From Bacilli bacterium (GTDB lineage Bacteria; Bacillota_I; Bacilli_A; ML615J-28; CAG-313): a stretch of DNA of 64,000 nt. Shown piece after piece: positions 1-8,913 of the stretch (the first letter of the stretch is position 1; each line of letters begins with the position of its first letter). The stretch covers positions 3,301-67,300 of the forward strand of contig JBGVCU010000037.1 of the NCBI GenBank assembly GCA_045119035.1, written 5' to 3'. The translations under genes and the position numbers were made by a program. The notes beneath the pieces are model-generated. The model worked only from the letters and a program-made list of their open reading frames with translations. It had not been told where the DNA came from and searched no databases.

Positions 1-1103
1 TTAAAGAATTAACATTTGAAAATAGAGGAATGCGTTATTATGTACATTTAAATGGTATAAATCCAACTGATGTAATTCCTTATTTAGAAAAAATTCCTGG
101 AATCTTTTCTTTTTCCGTTGTAGCAAGAACTGCTTCAAATATGGATGATATAAAAGAACTTGCTAAAAAAATTATCTTAGAAGAGGATTATTTAGGTAAA
201 ACATTTAAAGTAGAGACAAATCGTGGAGATAAAACATTCCCACATTCTTCAATTGAAATTTCTAAAATGGTAAGTGGATTTTTATTTAAAAATATTGAAG
301 GATTAAAAGCAGATGTACATAATCCAGATTTTACAGTTAACATTGATGTTAGAGATGAAGGGACATTTATTTTTACAAAAGTAATATATGGTATGGGTGG
401 TTTACCTTATGGATCACTTGGTAAGGGACTTCTAATGATTAGTGGCGGAATTGATTCTGTTGTTGCTGGATACTTAAGTATAAAAAAGGGTCTAGAAATT
501 GAAACTGTCCATTATGCATCTCCTCCATATACATCTGATAATGCTTTACAAAAAGTTGTAGATTTACTAGAAACTTTAGCTCCATATGTTAATGGTGGAA
601 AGATTAAATTATATGTAGTTCCATTTACTGAAATTCAAGACAATATATATAAACATTGTAGAAATGATTATTGTATTACAATAATGCGTAGAATGATGTA
701 TCGTATTGGAGAAAAACTAGCAAGAAGAAGAAAATGTTTAACAATTTTAAATGGAGAAAGTGTTGGACAAGTTGCATCACAAACATTAGAAAGTATTAGT
801 GTAATTGAAAATGTTGCTTCTATTCCTGTTATTAGACCACTTGCAATGTATGATAAAAAAGATATTATTGATATCGCTGTTAAAATTAAAAGTTTCGATA
901 TTTCAATAAGACCATATGAAGATTGTTGTACAGTTTTTGTTCCTAAACATCCTCAAATTAAACCTAAATTAGATGTTTCTATTGAAGAAGAAAATCATTT
1001 TAATTATGAAGAAATGATTGAAACAGCTGTAAATAATGTTCAAGTAATCGAAATAGATATGAATAAACATTACTCTGTATTTGAAGAAAGTGACATTCTA
1101 TAA
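1..1103 (+). CDS. thiI: tRNA 4-thiouridine synthase ThiI, 5'-partial (reading frame is open from nt 3 to the window edge; the Met at nt 30 is internal)
   Basis: PP-loop motif SGGIDS; the N-terminal part aligns with the interior of B. subtilis ThiI (…MYIQLNGEDHEAII… vs MRYYVHLNGINPTDVI), so the gene starts upstream of the window. Confidence 0.85.
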   Translation, partial: KELTFENRGMRYYVHLNGINPTDVIPYLEKIPGIFSFSVVARTASNMDDIKELAKKIILEEDYLGKTFKVETNRGDKTFPHSSIEISKMVSGFLFKNIEGLKADVHNPDFTVNIDVRDEGTFIFTKVIYGMGGLPYGSLGKGLLMISGGIDSVVAGYLSIKKGLEIETVHYASPPYTSDNALQKVVDLLETLAPYVNGGKIKLYVVPFTEIQDNIYKHCRNDYCITIMRRMMYRIGEKLARRRKCLTILNGESVGQVASQTLESISVIENVASIPVIRPLAMYDKKDIIDIAVKIKSFDISIRPYEDCCTVFVPKHPQIKPKLDVSIEEENHFNYEEMIETAVNNVQVIEIDMNKHYSVFEESDIL

Positions 1104-1180
1104 TACCAAAAATTGTTAATAAAATATTTAAATAATTTTATCTAAATTGTTAATACTAATTTTGACAAGGAGGTGAAATT

Positions 1181-1381
1181 ATGAATAATTCATCTTATAA
1201 CAAAAGTAAACTTGTGGTTCCAGGTTCACAAAATGCTGTATCACAAATGAAGTATGAAATTGCTAATGAATTAGGTGTTAACCTAGGACCAGATGCAAGT
1301 GCTAGACAAAATGGTTCAGTTGGTGGAGAAATCACTAGACGTTTAGTAGCAATGGCACAAAATCAATTATCAGGTAAATAA
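1181..1381 (+). CDS. small acid-soluble spore protein, alpha/beta type
   Basis: 66 aa; the conserved SASP germination-protease-site region ([10 protein letters not shown]) and C-terminal …GGEITRRLV; strong RBS AAGGAGGTG; terminator immediately downstream. Confidence 0.85.
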   Translation: MNNSSYNKSKLVVPGSQNAVSQMKYEIANELGVNLGPDASARQNGSVGGEITRRLVAMAQNQLSGK

Positions 1382-1396
1382 GACTGATTAGATTTT

Positions 1397-1425
1397 AAAA
1401 GGAGCTAAATAATAGCTCCTTTTTA
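1397..1425 (+). terminator. rho-independent terminator after the SASP gene
   Basis: AAAAGGAGCT-aaataat-AGCTCCTTTT. Confidence 0.8.
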
Positions 1426-1511
1426 TATATATCGCTTATTAAGCTATTTCTATATTCTTGCAAAATCGATAAAAAAATGTTATTATATATATAGTTTAAG
1501 TGGAGGTTAGT

Positions 1512-2144
1512 ATGAGTAAAATAATTATTCCTGAAAATTATGAAGAAGCATTAAAACGAAAAGAAGAAGTATTAAATATAATTAATGAATATAGTATAGC
1601 TCTATTAAATGAGACAGAACTTCCTTGTTCAGAAGAAGAAATAGAATTATTACAACAAGAATATGCTTTGCTTGATGAATATGTTGAACTTACATCAACT
1701 GAAAAAGAAGCAATAAAGAAGAATGATAAAACAAAATATAATGAAGAAGTATTAGAAGATGGAACAATCAATAAAGTAGAAGTTGTTTCATTTTGGGACA
1801 AAGTAAATCCATTTATTTTTGTTTATGGAATTGTTGCAGTAATTGGTTCATTATGGTTTGCTATCCAAGGTATTGGTATTCAATTTATTAATATTTTCAC
1901 TGATATGGCAGTAAAACATCAGTGGGATTTATCAACTTGGACTGATAGCCAAATCAATTGGCTTTTAGCTAGTATGGTTGTAATTTATCCAATTTTATTT
2001 GTAATTGTTTCATTTTTTGTTGCTAGATTTGCATGTAGAAATAAAGAAACAAGAAAAGTTGGTTATATTACATTACTTGTTCATTTTGTTGTAGCTGCAA
2101 TTAACACTACAATTATCGTTGTTAGAATTTTAGGTTTAAATTAA
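1512..2144 (+). CDS. hypothetical membrane protein (acidic coiled-coil N-terminus, about 4 C-terminal TM helices)
   Basis: ATG at 1512 follows RBS GTGGAGG (the track start at 1500 is a GTG inside the RBS); hydrophobic C-terminal half; stop overlaps the next start (TAATG). Confidence 0.45.
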   Translation: MSKIIIPENYEEALKRKEEVLNIINEYSIALLNETELPCSEEEIELLQQEYALLDEYVELTSTEKEAIKKNDKTKYNEEVLEDGTINKVEVVSFWDKVNPFIFVYGIVAVIGSLWFAIQGIGIQFINIFTDMAVKHQWDLSTWTDSQINWLLASMVVIYPILFVIVSFFVARFACRNKETRKVGYITLLVHFVVAAINTTIIVVRILGLN

Positions 2145-2881
2145 TGCAAGTAATTGAATCTGTAAATAATCCAAAAATAGTTGAACTAAAAAAACTTCAA
2201 GATAAAAAAACGAGACTAATTCAAAAACAGTTTTTAGTTGAAGGTTATCATTTAGTTACTGAATCTTGTAAACACAAACGATTAGATTATATTCTTTCTA
2301 CTAATAAAGAAGATTTTGATAAATTTAAAACTGATGGATTTTTAGTTAACCAAAAAATAATTGATAAACTTAGTACTACAACTTCCTCTCAAGGTATTAT
2401 TGGTGTTGTCAAAATTTTAGATACAACATATGATATATCAAAATATAAAAAAATTGTATTACTGGATAATATTAATGATCCAGGTAATCTTGGAACAATT
2501 ATTAGAACATCTGCTGCACTTGGAATTGATGCTATTTTTACAAGTTTAGATACTGTAGATATATATAATGAAAAAGTTATAAGAGCAACTCAAGGAAGTA
2601 TTTTTAAAATTCCTGTAGTAAGATGTGATTTATTAGAAATAATAAATGAATTAAAAGCAAATAATATTAAAGTATTAGCAACTTCATTAAATACAAGTAA
2701 TGAAATAAAAGATATTAATAATCTAAATAAGTTTGCTATTGTTTTTGGAAATGAAGCAAATGGAGTAAGAGATGAAGTATTTAATTTAGTTGATGAAAAA
2801 TTTAAAATTAAAATGTATAATGATGTCGAATCTTTAAATGTAGCAATTGCATGTGCAATCTGCATTTATCATTTATCTTAA
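2144..2881 (+). CDS. TrmH/SpoU-family RNA 2'-O-methyltransferase (RlmB/YsgA-like)
   Basis: N-terminal substrate-binding-like region (NPKIVELKKL) plus SPOUT domain motifs (DNINDPGNLGTIIRTSAA, FGNEANGV, SLNVAIACAI). Confidence 0.7.
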   Translation: MQVIESVNNPKIVELKKLQDKKTRLIQKQFLVEGYHLVTESCKHKRLDYILSTNKEDFDKFKTDGFLVNQKIIDKLSTTTSSQGIIGVVKILDTTYDISKYKKIVLLDNINDPGNLGTIIRTSAALGIDAIFTSLDTVDIYNEKVIRATQGSIFKIPVVRCDLLEIINELKANNIKVLATSLNTSNEIKDINNLNKFAIVFGNEANGVRDEVFNLVDEKFKIKMYNDVESLNVAIACAICIYHLS

Positions 2882-2897
2882 GTAAAGGAGGATCAAC

Positions 2898-4187
2898 ATG
2901 TCTTCAAAATGGTATAAAATAGATAATGCTGGAAAGATTTTTCCAACTGTATGGAGTAAAGAAGAACGTAGCAGTTTTAGACTTAGTGCTGTTTTGAAGG
3001 ATGAAGTTGATGAAAGTTTACTTAAAATAGCAGTAACTAAAGCCCTACAAAGATTTCCTACGTTTAACGTAAAACTTCGTAGAGGCTTTTTTTGGTATTA
3101 TTTAGAAGCAAATAATAAAGAACCAATTATTGAAGTTGATAAAAATATCTTTAGTAAGATTACATTAAAAACCCTAGATGGATATTTATTTAAAGTAACA
3201 TATTATGGAAGACGTGTTGCTATAGATATATTCCATGCTATTACAGATGGTAAAGGTGGAATGGAGTTTTTTAAATGTATTCTATATTATTATTTTGAAC
3301 TTCTTGGTGGAATATTTGAAAATAAAGGCGAAATACTAACACACGAATTAGAACAGTTTTATGATGAAAAAGAAGATAGTTTCATTAGAAATTATAATAA
3401 AAAAGATATTATTAAATTCAATGAACCAAAAGTACATAAGATAAAAAATGTCAGAATGTATGGTAAAGGACGTTTTGGAGTATACCATACAATACTATCA
3501 GTTAGTCAAATTAAAGAGGTATGTAGAAAATACGATTGTACAGTAACTGAATATATATCTAGCTGTATGTTACAATCAATTTATCAAAATGAATACAATG
3601 ATTTAACCAAAGATGAGATATATACTTTATTTGTTACAGTTAACGCTAGGAAATATTTCAATAGTAAGACGCTTAGAAACTTTGCTTTATTTATTAGAAG
3701 TTCATCAAAATTTAAAGATAATATGGAATTTGCTGATTTTATCGATGAATCAAAAACATTCTTTAAACGTGAACTTACCAAAGAAAGATTACAATCAAGA
3801 ATTGTTCAAAATGTGAATATAGAAAAAAACTTCTTTGTTAGAGCACTACCACTATTTTTAAAAATATTAGTGATGAAAATAGGATATAAATTTCTTGCTG
3901 ATGATTTGGATACAATGAATTTCTCAAATCTAGGTGTAGTAAATTGTCCGGTTGGTTTTGAAAAATATATTGAAAGATTTGAATTTATTTTAGGAGCATC
4001 GAAGTCACTTCCAATGGGAGCTACTTGTATTTCATATAATGATACCTTAGTTTATACAGCATCTTTAGCATGTTTAGAAAAAAATCTTCTTAAAAAAGTA
4101 TTAGATCAATTTGTAAAAGATGGATTAGAATGTGTAATTGAAATGAATAACTTGGAGGTAGAAGATGAAAAAATGTCCGAACTGTAA
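2898..4187 (+). CDS. HxxxD-motif acyltransferase-like protein (condensation/CAT/WS-DGAT superfamily)
   Basis: 429 aa; FHAITDGKGG matches the HHxxxDG catalytic motif at the expected position (about residue 125) of a roughly 430-aa condensation-like domain; RBS AAGGAGG. Confidence 0.45.
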   Translation: MSSKWYKIDNAGKIFPTVWSKEERSSFRLSAVLKDEVDESLLKIAVTKALQRFPTFNVKLRRGFFWYYLEANNKEPIIEVDKNIFSKITLKTLDGYLFKVTYYGRRVAIDIFHAITDGKGGMEFFKCILYYYFELLGGIFENKGEILTHELEQFYDEKEDSFIRNYNKKDIIKFNEPKVHKIKNVRMYGKGRFGVYHTILSVSQIKEVCRKYDCTVTEYISSCMLQSIYQNEYNDLTKDEIYTLFVTVNARKYFNSKTLRNFALFIRSSSKFKDNMEFADFIDESKTFFKRELTKERLQSRIVQNVNIEKNFFVRALPLFLKILVMKIGYKFLADDLDTMNFSNLGVVNCPVGFEKYIERFEFILGASKSLPMGATCISYNDTLVYTASLACLEKNLLKKVLDQFVKDGLECVIEMNNLEVEDEKMSEL

Positions 4188-4845
4188 AGTGTTTTTTAAA
4201 TCAGAAAGAAAATCTTGTCCTTTTTGTCATAATGTATTAGATAAAATTAACGAGGATAATTCATATCAAGAATATCCAAAATATGAAATAGAAAATCCTC
4301 CTAAAAGAACTTTTTTAAAGATTTGTATTTTAGTTACTTTAATGATTATTGTTTCGACAATAACAATAAATTTACTTACAATTAATAAAGAAAATCCTGT
4401 TTATTGGTTTACTATCGTGCTAGGTGGATTGTTTTTTACTTGGATTTTAGTAGGTGTAACAATTATTTCAAAAAACAATATTGTACTTAAAATAATATTA
4501 CAAGCCATTACTGTTGAACTAATTTTACATTCAATAGAAATGAATACTGAACTTCCAACAACATTTAGTTTAGTATATGTAATTCCATTTATTTTTGTTG
4601 CAATTATTTTAACATCTTCAATACTAATGTTATCAATGCCAAAAAGAGCACATAGTTATATATTATATTTAATAATAATGAGTGTATTAGGAATTATTCC
4701 ATTTATTATTATTTTGGTTAAGGATTATAAACCTCTTTGGCCAAGCTTATGTTCATTATGTGTTTCAAGTGTAACAATAATAGGTATATTCTTTTTTGGA
4801 TTTAGAACTTTAATTGAAGAATTAAGAAAAAAACTACATATGTAA
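4165..4845 (+). CDS. zinc-ribbon (CPNC…CPFC) polytopic membrane protein
   Basis: N-terminal CxxC-x11-CxxC ribbon followed by about 5-6 hydrophobic helices; overlaps the upstream gene by 23 nt (translational coupling). Confidence 0.5.
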   Translation: MKKCPNCKVFFKSERKSCPFCHNVLDKINEDNSYQEYPKYEIENPPKRTFLKICILVTLMIIVSTITINLLTINKENPVYWFTIVLGGLFFTWILVGVTIISKNNIVLKIILQAITVELILHSIEMNTELPTTFSLVYVIPFIFVAIILTSSILMLSMPKRAHSYILYLIIMSVLGIIPFIIILVKDYKPLWPSLCSLCVSSVTIIGIFFFGFRTLIEELRKKLHM

Positions 4846-4872
4846 AAAACTCCTCAAAAATGAGGAGTTTTA
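4844..4872. terminator. bidirectional terminator between convergent genes
   Basis: AAAAAACTCCTCA-aaaa-TGAGGAGTTTT. Confidence 0.8.
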
Positions 4873-6528
4873 TTATACCTTAAAGCAACTTCCACCAATA
4901 AATTCTCTAATTAAAGAATTACATGGAATACATGATTCATCATCAATTGTTTTAAAATATTTCAAATATTTAATTAATCTATTTGCTGTTAAATATTCTG
5001 GAGCAGTAACAGGTATTTCTTGAAGTGAAGCTAAAGCGTATTTTTTAAGCACACACATTTCATAAGATAGTTCAGAATTGAAGACAAAATCCGCATCTTC
5101 TTGGAATGGATAAATCCATCTAAATTCTCCATTTCTCACACTGTTCCACATAGCGATTGTTTCAGCAGCGGGACAATTTCTAAATTGTTTATCTCTTACA
5201 ATTCTTCTAATTAATCTTAAGTCTGTTGTACTCATTGGTGAATGATCATCTAAATTAATTTGTGCTTGAGGAGAAATAAAGATTTTAAATTTTTGATATT
5301 TTGGAATTGAAGACGTTAATTTTTCATTTAATGCGTGGATTCCTTCAATAATAATCGGACAATTTTTATCTACACGAATACTTTTTCCATCAATTCTTTT
5401 TCCTGTATTGAAATCAAATTTAGGTAAATGAATTTCTTCACCATTAATTAATGCGAATAAATGTTCATTAAATAATTCTGTATCAAGTGTATTTATATGT
5501 TCTAGGTCAACTTCCTCTTTAGGAACACCTTGAATTTTAGATATTTCTGCTCTTGTAAAGTAGTAATCATCCATAGAAATTGTAACAGGATGAATTCCGT
5601 AGCTTTCAAGTTCAAGTTTTAATTTAGTTGAAAATGTTGTTTTTCCTGAACTAGATGGTCCCGCTATTGCAATTAGTCTGATATTTTCTATATCATCTTT
5701 TATTTTAAGAGCTAAATCATGTAACATATTATTATGTTTAATTTCACATATATTTACAAAATCAACAATTTTTTGTTCTTCAATTTTTTTATTAATTTTT
5801 GATACAGTATCACAATTAACAGTAGTAGCCCATTTATATGCTTTTTTAAGAGTTCTACCGTATGTTGATTCTTCATGAAAATGAGGAATTTCTGCATTTA
5901 ATTCATATCTTGGATATTGAATTATAATACCTGGACTAAATGGTCTTATGATATAATTTTTTAAGTACCCTGTAGATGGACACATATAGCTATGTAAGTA
6001 GTTATAATATGTACCACATTGATATAAATGAACACTAGATTCAGGACGATATGCTATCATATCTAATTTATCTAACATATTTTGTTTATGATATATATCA
6101 CGTGCATCTTGTAGAGGGATATTAATTCTTTCAATTGGTAAATCAGCATCAATTATTCTTTTGATTTCATGATCAATTTCTTTGTATATTGAGCTAAGAG
6201 AAACACCTTGATTTAAAACTTCACAAAAAATTGAACGTGATACGAAATAACTAAAACGAAGTTTAAGATCAGGATATAGGTTATAAAAAGCCATTGCAAT
6301 AACATATCTAAGAGTAGCTTCGTAAGCTTTACCAGATTCTAGTAATTCTAATCCAAAAAATTCTAATTCGGCGTTATTGTCTTTTTCACTTAATCTTCTA
6401 TTTAATTCATATATTCTTCCATTAATTTTACATACAATATATTGTTTTTTATCACCTTCAATTAAATCTAAACAACGTGTTCCTTCAATAACATTTATTA
6501 ATTTATTATTTACTTTAATAGTTAACAT
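4873..6528 (-). CDS. udk: uridine kinase fused to an N-terminal ThrRS-N-terminal-like (TGS-type) region
   Basis: C-terminal PRK/uridine-kinase P-loop IAIAGPSSSGKTTF; about 300-aa N-terminal extension resembling the ThrRS N-terminal TGS region. Confidence 0.65.
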   Translation of the reverse strand: MLTIKVNNKLINVIEGTRCLDLIEGDKKQYIVCKINGRIYELNRRLSEKDNNAELEFFGLELLESGKAYEATLRYVIAMAFYNLYPDLKLRFSYFVSRSIFCEVLNQGVSLSSIYKEIDHEIKRIIDADLPIERINIPLQDARDIYHKQNMLDKLDMIAYRPESSVHLYQCGTYYNYLHSYMCPSTGYLKNYIIRPFSPGIIIQYPRYELNAEIPHFHEESTYGRTLKKAYKWATTVNCDTVSKINKKIEEQKIVDFVNICEIKHNNMLHDLALKIKDDIENIRLIAIAGPSSSGKTTFSTKLKLELESYGIHPVTISMDDYYFTRAEISKIQGVPKEEVDLEHINTLDTELFNEHLFALINGEEIHLPKFDFNTGKRIDGKSIRVDKNCPIIIEGIHALNEKLTSSIPKYQKFKIFISPQAQINLDDHSPMSTTDLRLIRRIVRDKQFRNCPAAETIAMWNSVRNGEFRWIYPFQEDADFVFNSELSYEMCVLKKYALASLQEIPVTAPEYLTANRLIKYLKYFKTIDDESCIPCNSLIREFIGGSCFKV

Positions 6529-6682
6529 TATGATTCTCCTTTCTTAATATTTTTATATTTGGTATTATATTATATCATTTCAAATCAAATAACGCAAGCG
6601 TTTTTATAAATTTTATATAATTATATTTTAATTAAATAAATTATCAAGAAAAATTATAGCTTAATATATATTCCCTATTTAC

Positions 6683-6711
6683 TTGACTTTTTATTCAAAG
6701 TATGATAATAT
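6683..6711 (+). promoter_or_regulatory. sigma-A-type promoter of the rimP-nusA-infB operon (TTGACT-17-TGaTAATAT)
   Basis: -35 TTGACT 6683-6688; extended -10 with TG at 6703-6704 and TAATAT at 6706-6711. Confidence 0.5.
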
Positions 6712-6725
6712 ATATGTAACAGATG

Positions 6726-6756
6726 AGGTGAGCATGTAATGTGCTCACCTTTTATA
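6726..6756 (+). promoter_or_regulatory. leader hairpin + short U-tract upstream of rimP (candidate attenuator)
   Basis: AGGTGAGCAT-gtaat-GTGCTCACCT followed by TTTTAT, 22 nt before the rimP ATG. Confidence 0.35.
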
Positions 6757-6777
6757 CGAATTTAAAGGAAGTAAGCT

Positions 6778-7254
6778 ATGAAAAATTTAAATCATTTAGA
6801 ACAAACAATTCATGATGTGGTAAAACCTATTTGTGAAAAAGAAAATTTAATTTTATTTTCTGTTGAAGAAGTAAAAGAAGATGGACTTAAAATTATTCGT
6901 GTATTAGTAGATGCTTTACACACTGTAGATTTAGAAGAAGTTACAAAAGTAATTGAACCACTACAAGAAATAGTAGAAAGAGATGATCTTATTCCTGATG
7001 AGTATTATTTAGAAGTATCAAGTGTTGGGGTTGAAAAACCTTTAAGAAATATTGATGAATTACAGAATTCTACAAATAAATATATATATGTTGAGTTAAA
7101 ATCTATTATAGAAAATGATTCATCATGGTATGGTACACTTGTTAATGTAGAAGATAACATTGTTAGTTTAGAAATAAATAAGAAGGGACGAATTAAAACA
7201 ATTAAGTTCCCATATGAAGAAATTAAATTTGCAAGAATTGCAATAAAATTTTAG
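6778..7254 (+). CDS. rimP: ribosome maturation factor RimP
   Basis: 158 aa; RimP N-terminal pattern; first gene of the conserved rimP-nusA-infB operon. Confidence 0.8.
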   Translation: MKNLNHLEQTIHDVVKPICEKENLILFSVEEVKEDGLKIIRVLVDALHTVDLEEVTKVIEPLQEIVERDDLIPDEYYLEVSSVGVEKPLRNIDELQNSTNKYIYVELKSIIENDSSWYGTLVNVEDNIVSLEINKKGRIKTIKFPYEEIKFARIAIKF

Positions 7255-7263
7255 GAGGTCAAA

Positions 7264-8340
7264 ATGACAAGTAAAAGTTTTTATAATGAATTAGAAATTA
7301 TCGCTCAAGAACGTTCTTTAGAAATTGAAGATGTATTAAGTGTTGTTGAAACAGCTTTAATTAAAGCATGTGGTAGTATGGGATATACTGGAGATATTAA
7401 AGTTGAATTTGTTCCTGAACAATTTAAATTAAGAATTTTTGAATTTAAATATGTTGTTGCAGAAATTTATCCAGAAGGTCCTCAAGGTCAAATTTTATTA
7501 GAAGAAGCTTTAACTATTAAAGCTAAAGTTAAAGTAGGTTCAACTATTAAACAAGAAATTCACTTTAATGAAATTTCAAGAAAAGGTGCAGCGAGATTTA
7601 AAAACATCTTTAATCAAGGTTTAAAAGAAATTGGAAATAAACGTGCATTTGAATTCTTTAAAGATAAAGAAGGAGAAATGGTTACAGGACGTATTTTACA
7701 TGTTTCTAATGGTTACGCTACACTTGATATTGGTAAAGGTGTAAGAGTAAGCTTAAGTGTAAATGAAGCACTTCCAAGTGAAAGATTAGATGTAGGTACT
7801 CCACTTAAAGTATATATTACTCAAGTTGAAGAAACAACAAGAGGACCTAAAATCCATGTTTCTCGTGCTCATAAAAATATTATTAAAAGATTATTTGAAC
7901 AAGTTATTCCTGAAGTTAGTGATGGAACAATCGAAGTAATGTTTGTTGCACGTGACCCAGGTAATAGAACTAAAGTTGCAATTTATAGCAACAATCCAAA
8001 TGTTGACGCAAAAGGTACATGTATTGGACCTAATGGAAATAGAATTAAACAAATTAATGATGCTTTAAATGGTGAAAAAATTGATATCTTTACATGGAGT
8101 GAAGATCCAATTAAATTAATTGCTGAAGCATTAACACCTGCAAAAGTTATTTCAGTACTTGCAGACCCTGAAACTAAAAAATCAACTGTTATCGTACCAG
8201 ATGAACAATTCACACTTGCAATTGGTAAAGGTGGACAAAATGTTCGTTTAGCATGTATGGCAACAGGATGGAAAATCGATATCAAAGATGAAACAACTGC
8301 ATATCGTGAGGAAATTAAATTTAGACCAAACGTAAGATAG
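7264..8340 (+). CDS. nusA: transcription termination/antitermination factor NusA
   Basis: 358 aa; S1 + KH domains (…LAIGKGGQNVRLA…); conserved position. Confidence 0.9.
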   Translation: MTSKSFYNELEIIAQERSLEIEDVLSVVETALIKACGSMGYTGDIKVEFVPEQFKLRIFEFKYVVAEIYPEGPQGQILLEEALTIKAKVKVGSTIKQEIHFNEISRKGAARFKNIFNQGLKEIGNKRAFEFFKDKEGEMVTGRILHVSNGYATLDIGKGVRVSLSVNEALPSERLDVGTPLKVYITQVEETTRGPKIHVSRAHKNIIKRLFEQVIPEVSDGTIEVMFVARDPGNRTKVAIYSNNPNVDAKGTCIGPNGNRIKQINDALNGEKIDIFTWSEDPIKLIAEALTPAKVISVLADPETKKSTVIVPDEQFTLAIGKGGQNVRLACMATGWKIDIKDETTAYREEIKFRPNVR

Positions 8341-8348
8341 GTGATAAA

Positions 8349-8606
8349 ATGAAAAAAGTTCCTTTAAGAAAATGTACAGTTACAAATGAACAATATCCTA
8401 AAATGGATATGTTTAGAGTAGTAAGAACAAATGAAGGAATTGTATGTGTTGACCAAACTGGGAAAGTTAGAGGTCATGGTGCATATGTTTCAAAAAACAA
8501 AGATGTAATCTTACTAGCAAAAAAGAAAAAAGTATTAGATCGTCATTTAGAAGTTCAAGTTCCAGACACTATCTATGACGAATTATTAAAATTATTAAAT
8601 GAATAA
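8349..8606 (+). CDS. rnpM: YlxR/RnpM (DUF448) RNA-binding protein
   Basis: 85 aa; PLRKC…R motif; conserved position between nusA and infB. Confidence 0.75.
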   Translation: MKKVPLRKCTVTNEQYPKMDMFRVVRTNEGIVCVDQTGKVRGHGAYVSKNKDVILLAKKKKVLDRHLEVQVPDTIYDELLKLLNE

Positions 8607-8913
8607 AACACTTAATTACTTAGGCCTTGCAAGAAGAGCTGGATTTTTAGTTACTGGAACCGATGCTGTAATTGCTAGTTTAGAAAACAAAGCACGTCTT
8701 GTAATTGTGGCAACTGATGCATCAAGTGCTACAAAGGATAAACTAAGTAGAAAATGTTATTATTATAATGTACCCATGTTAGATATATTTGATACTGATC
8801 AAATAGCAAATGCAATTGGACAAAAAAATCCTAAAGTAATTGCTATTACTGATAATGGGTTTGCACAACAAATATTGAAGATTAATGAAAGAGGTGGACA
8901 TATATGCGAGTAA
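8599..8913 (+). CDS. L7Ae-family ribosomal-protein-like protein YlxQ
   Basis: 104 aa; GLARRAG…LVIVA pattern; conserved position upstream of infB. Confidence 0.7.
   Translation: MNKTLNYLGLARRAGFLVTGTDAVIASLENKARLVIVATDASSATKDKLSRKCYYYNVPMLDIFDTDQIANAIGQKNPKVIAITDNGFAQQILKINERGGHICE

Noticed and set aside
30-30. ATG at nt 30 as the ThiI start codon (as in the ORF track)
   Set aside because: The frame stays open to the window edge, and the residues around this Met align with the interior of ThiI (B. subtilis …RMYIQLNGEDHEAII…). The gene is 5'-truncated by the window.
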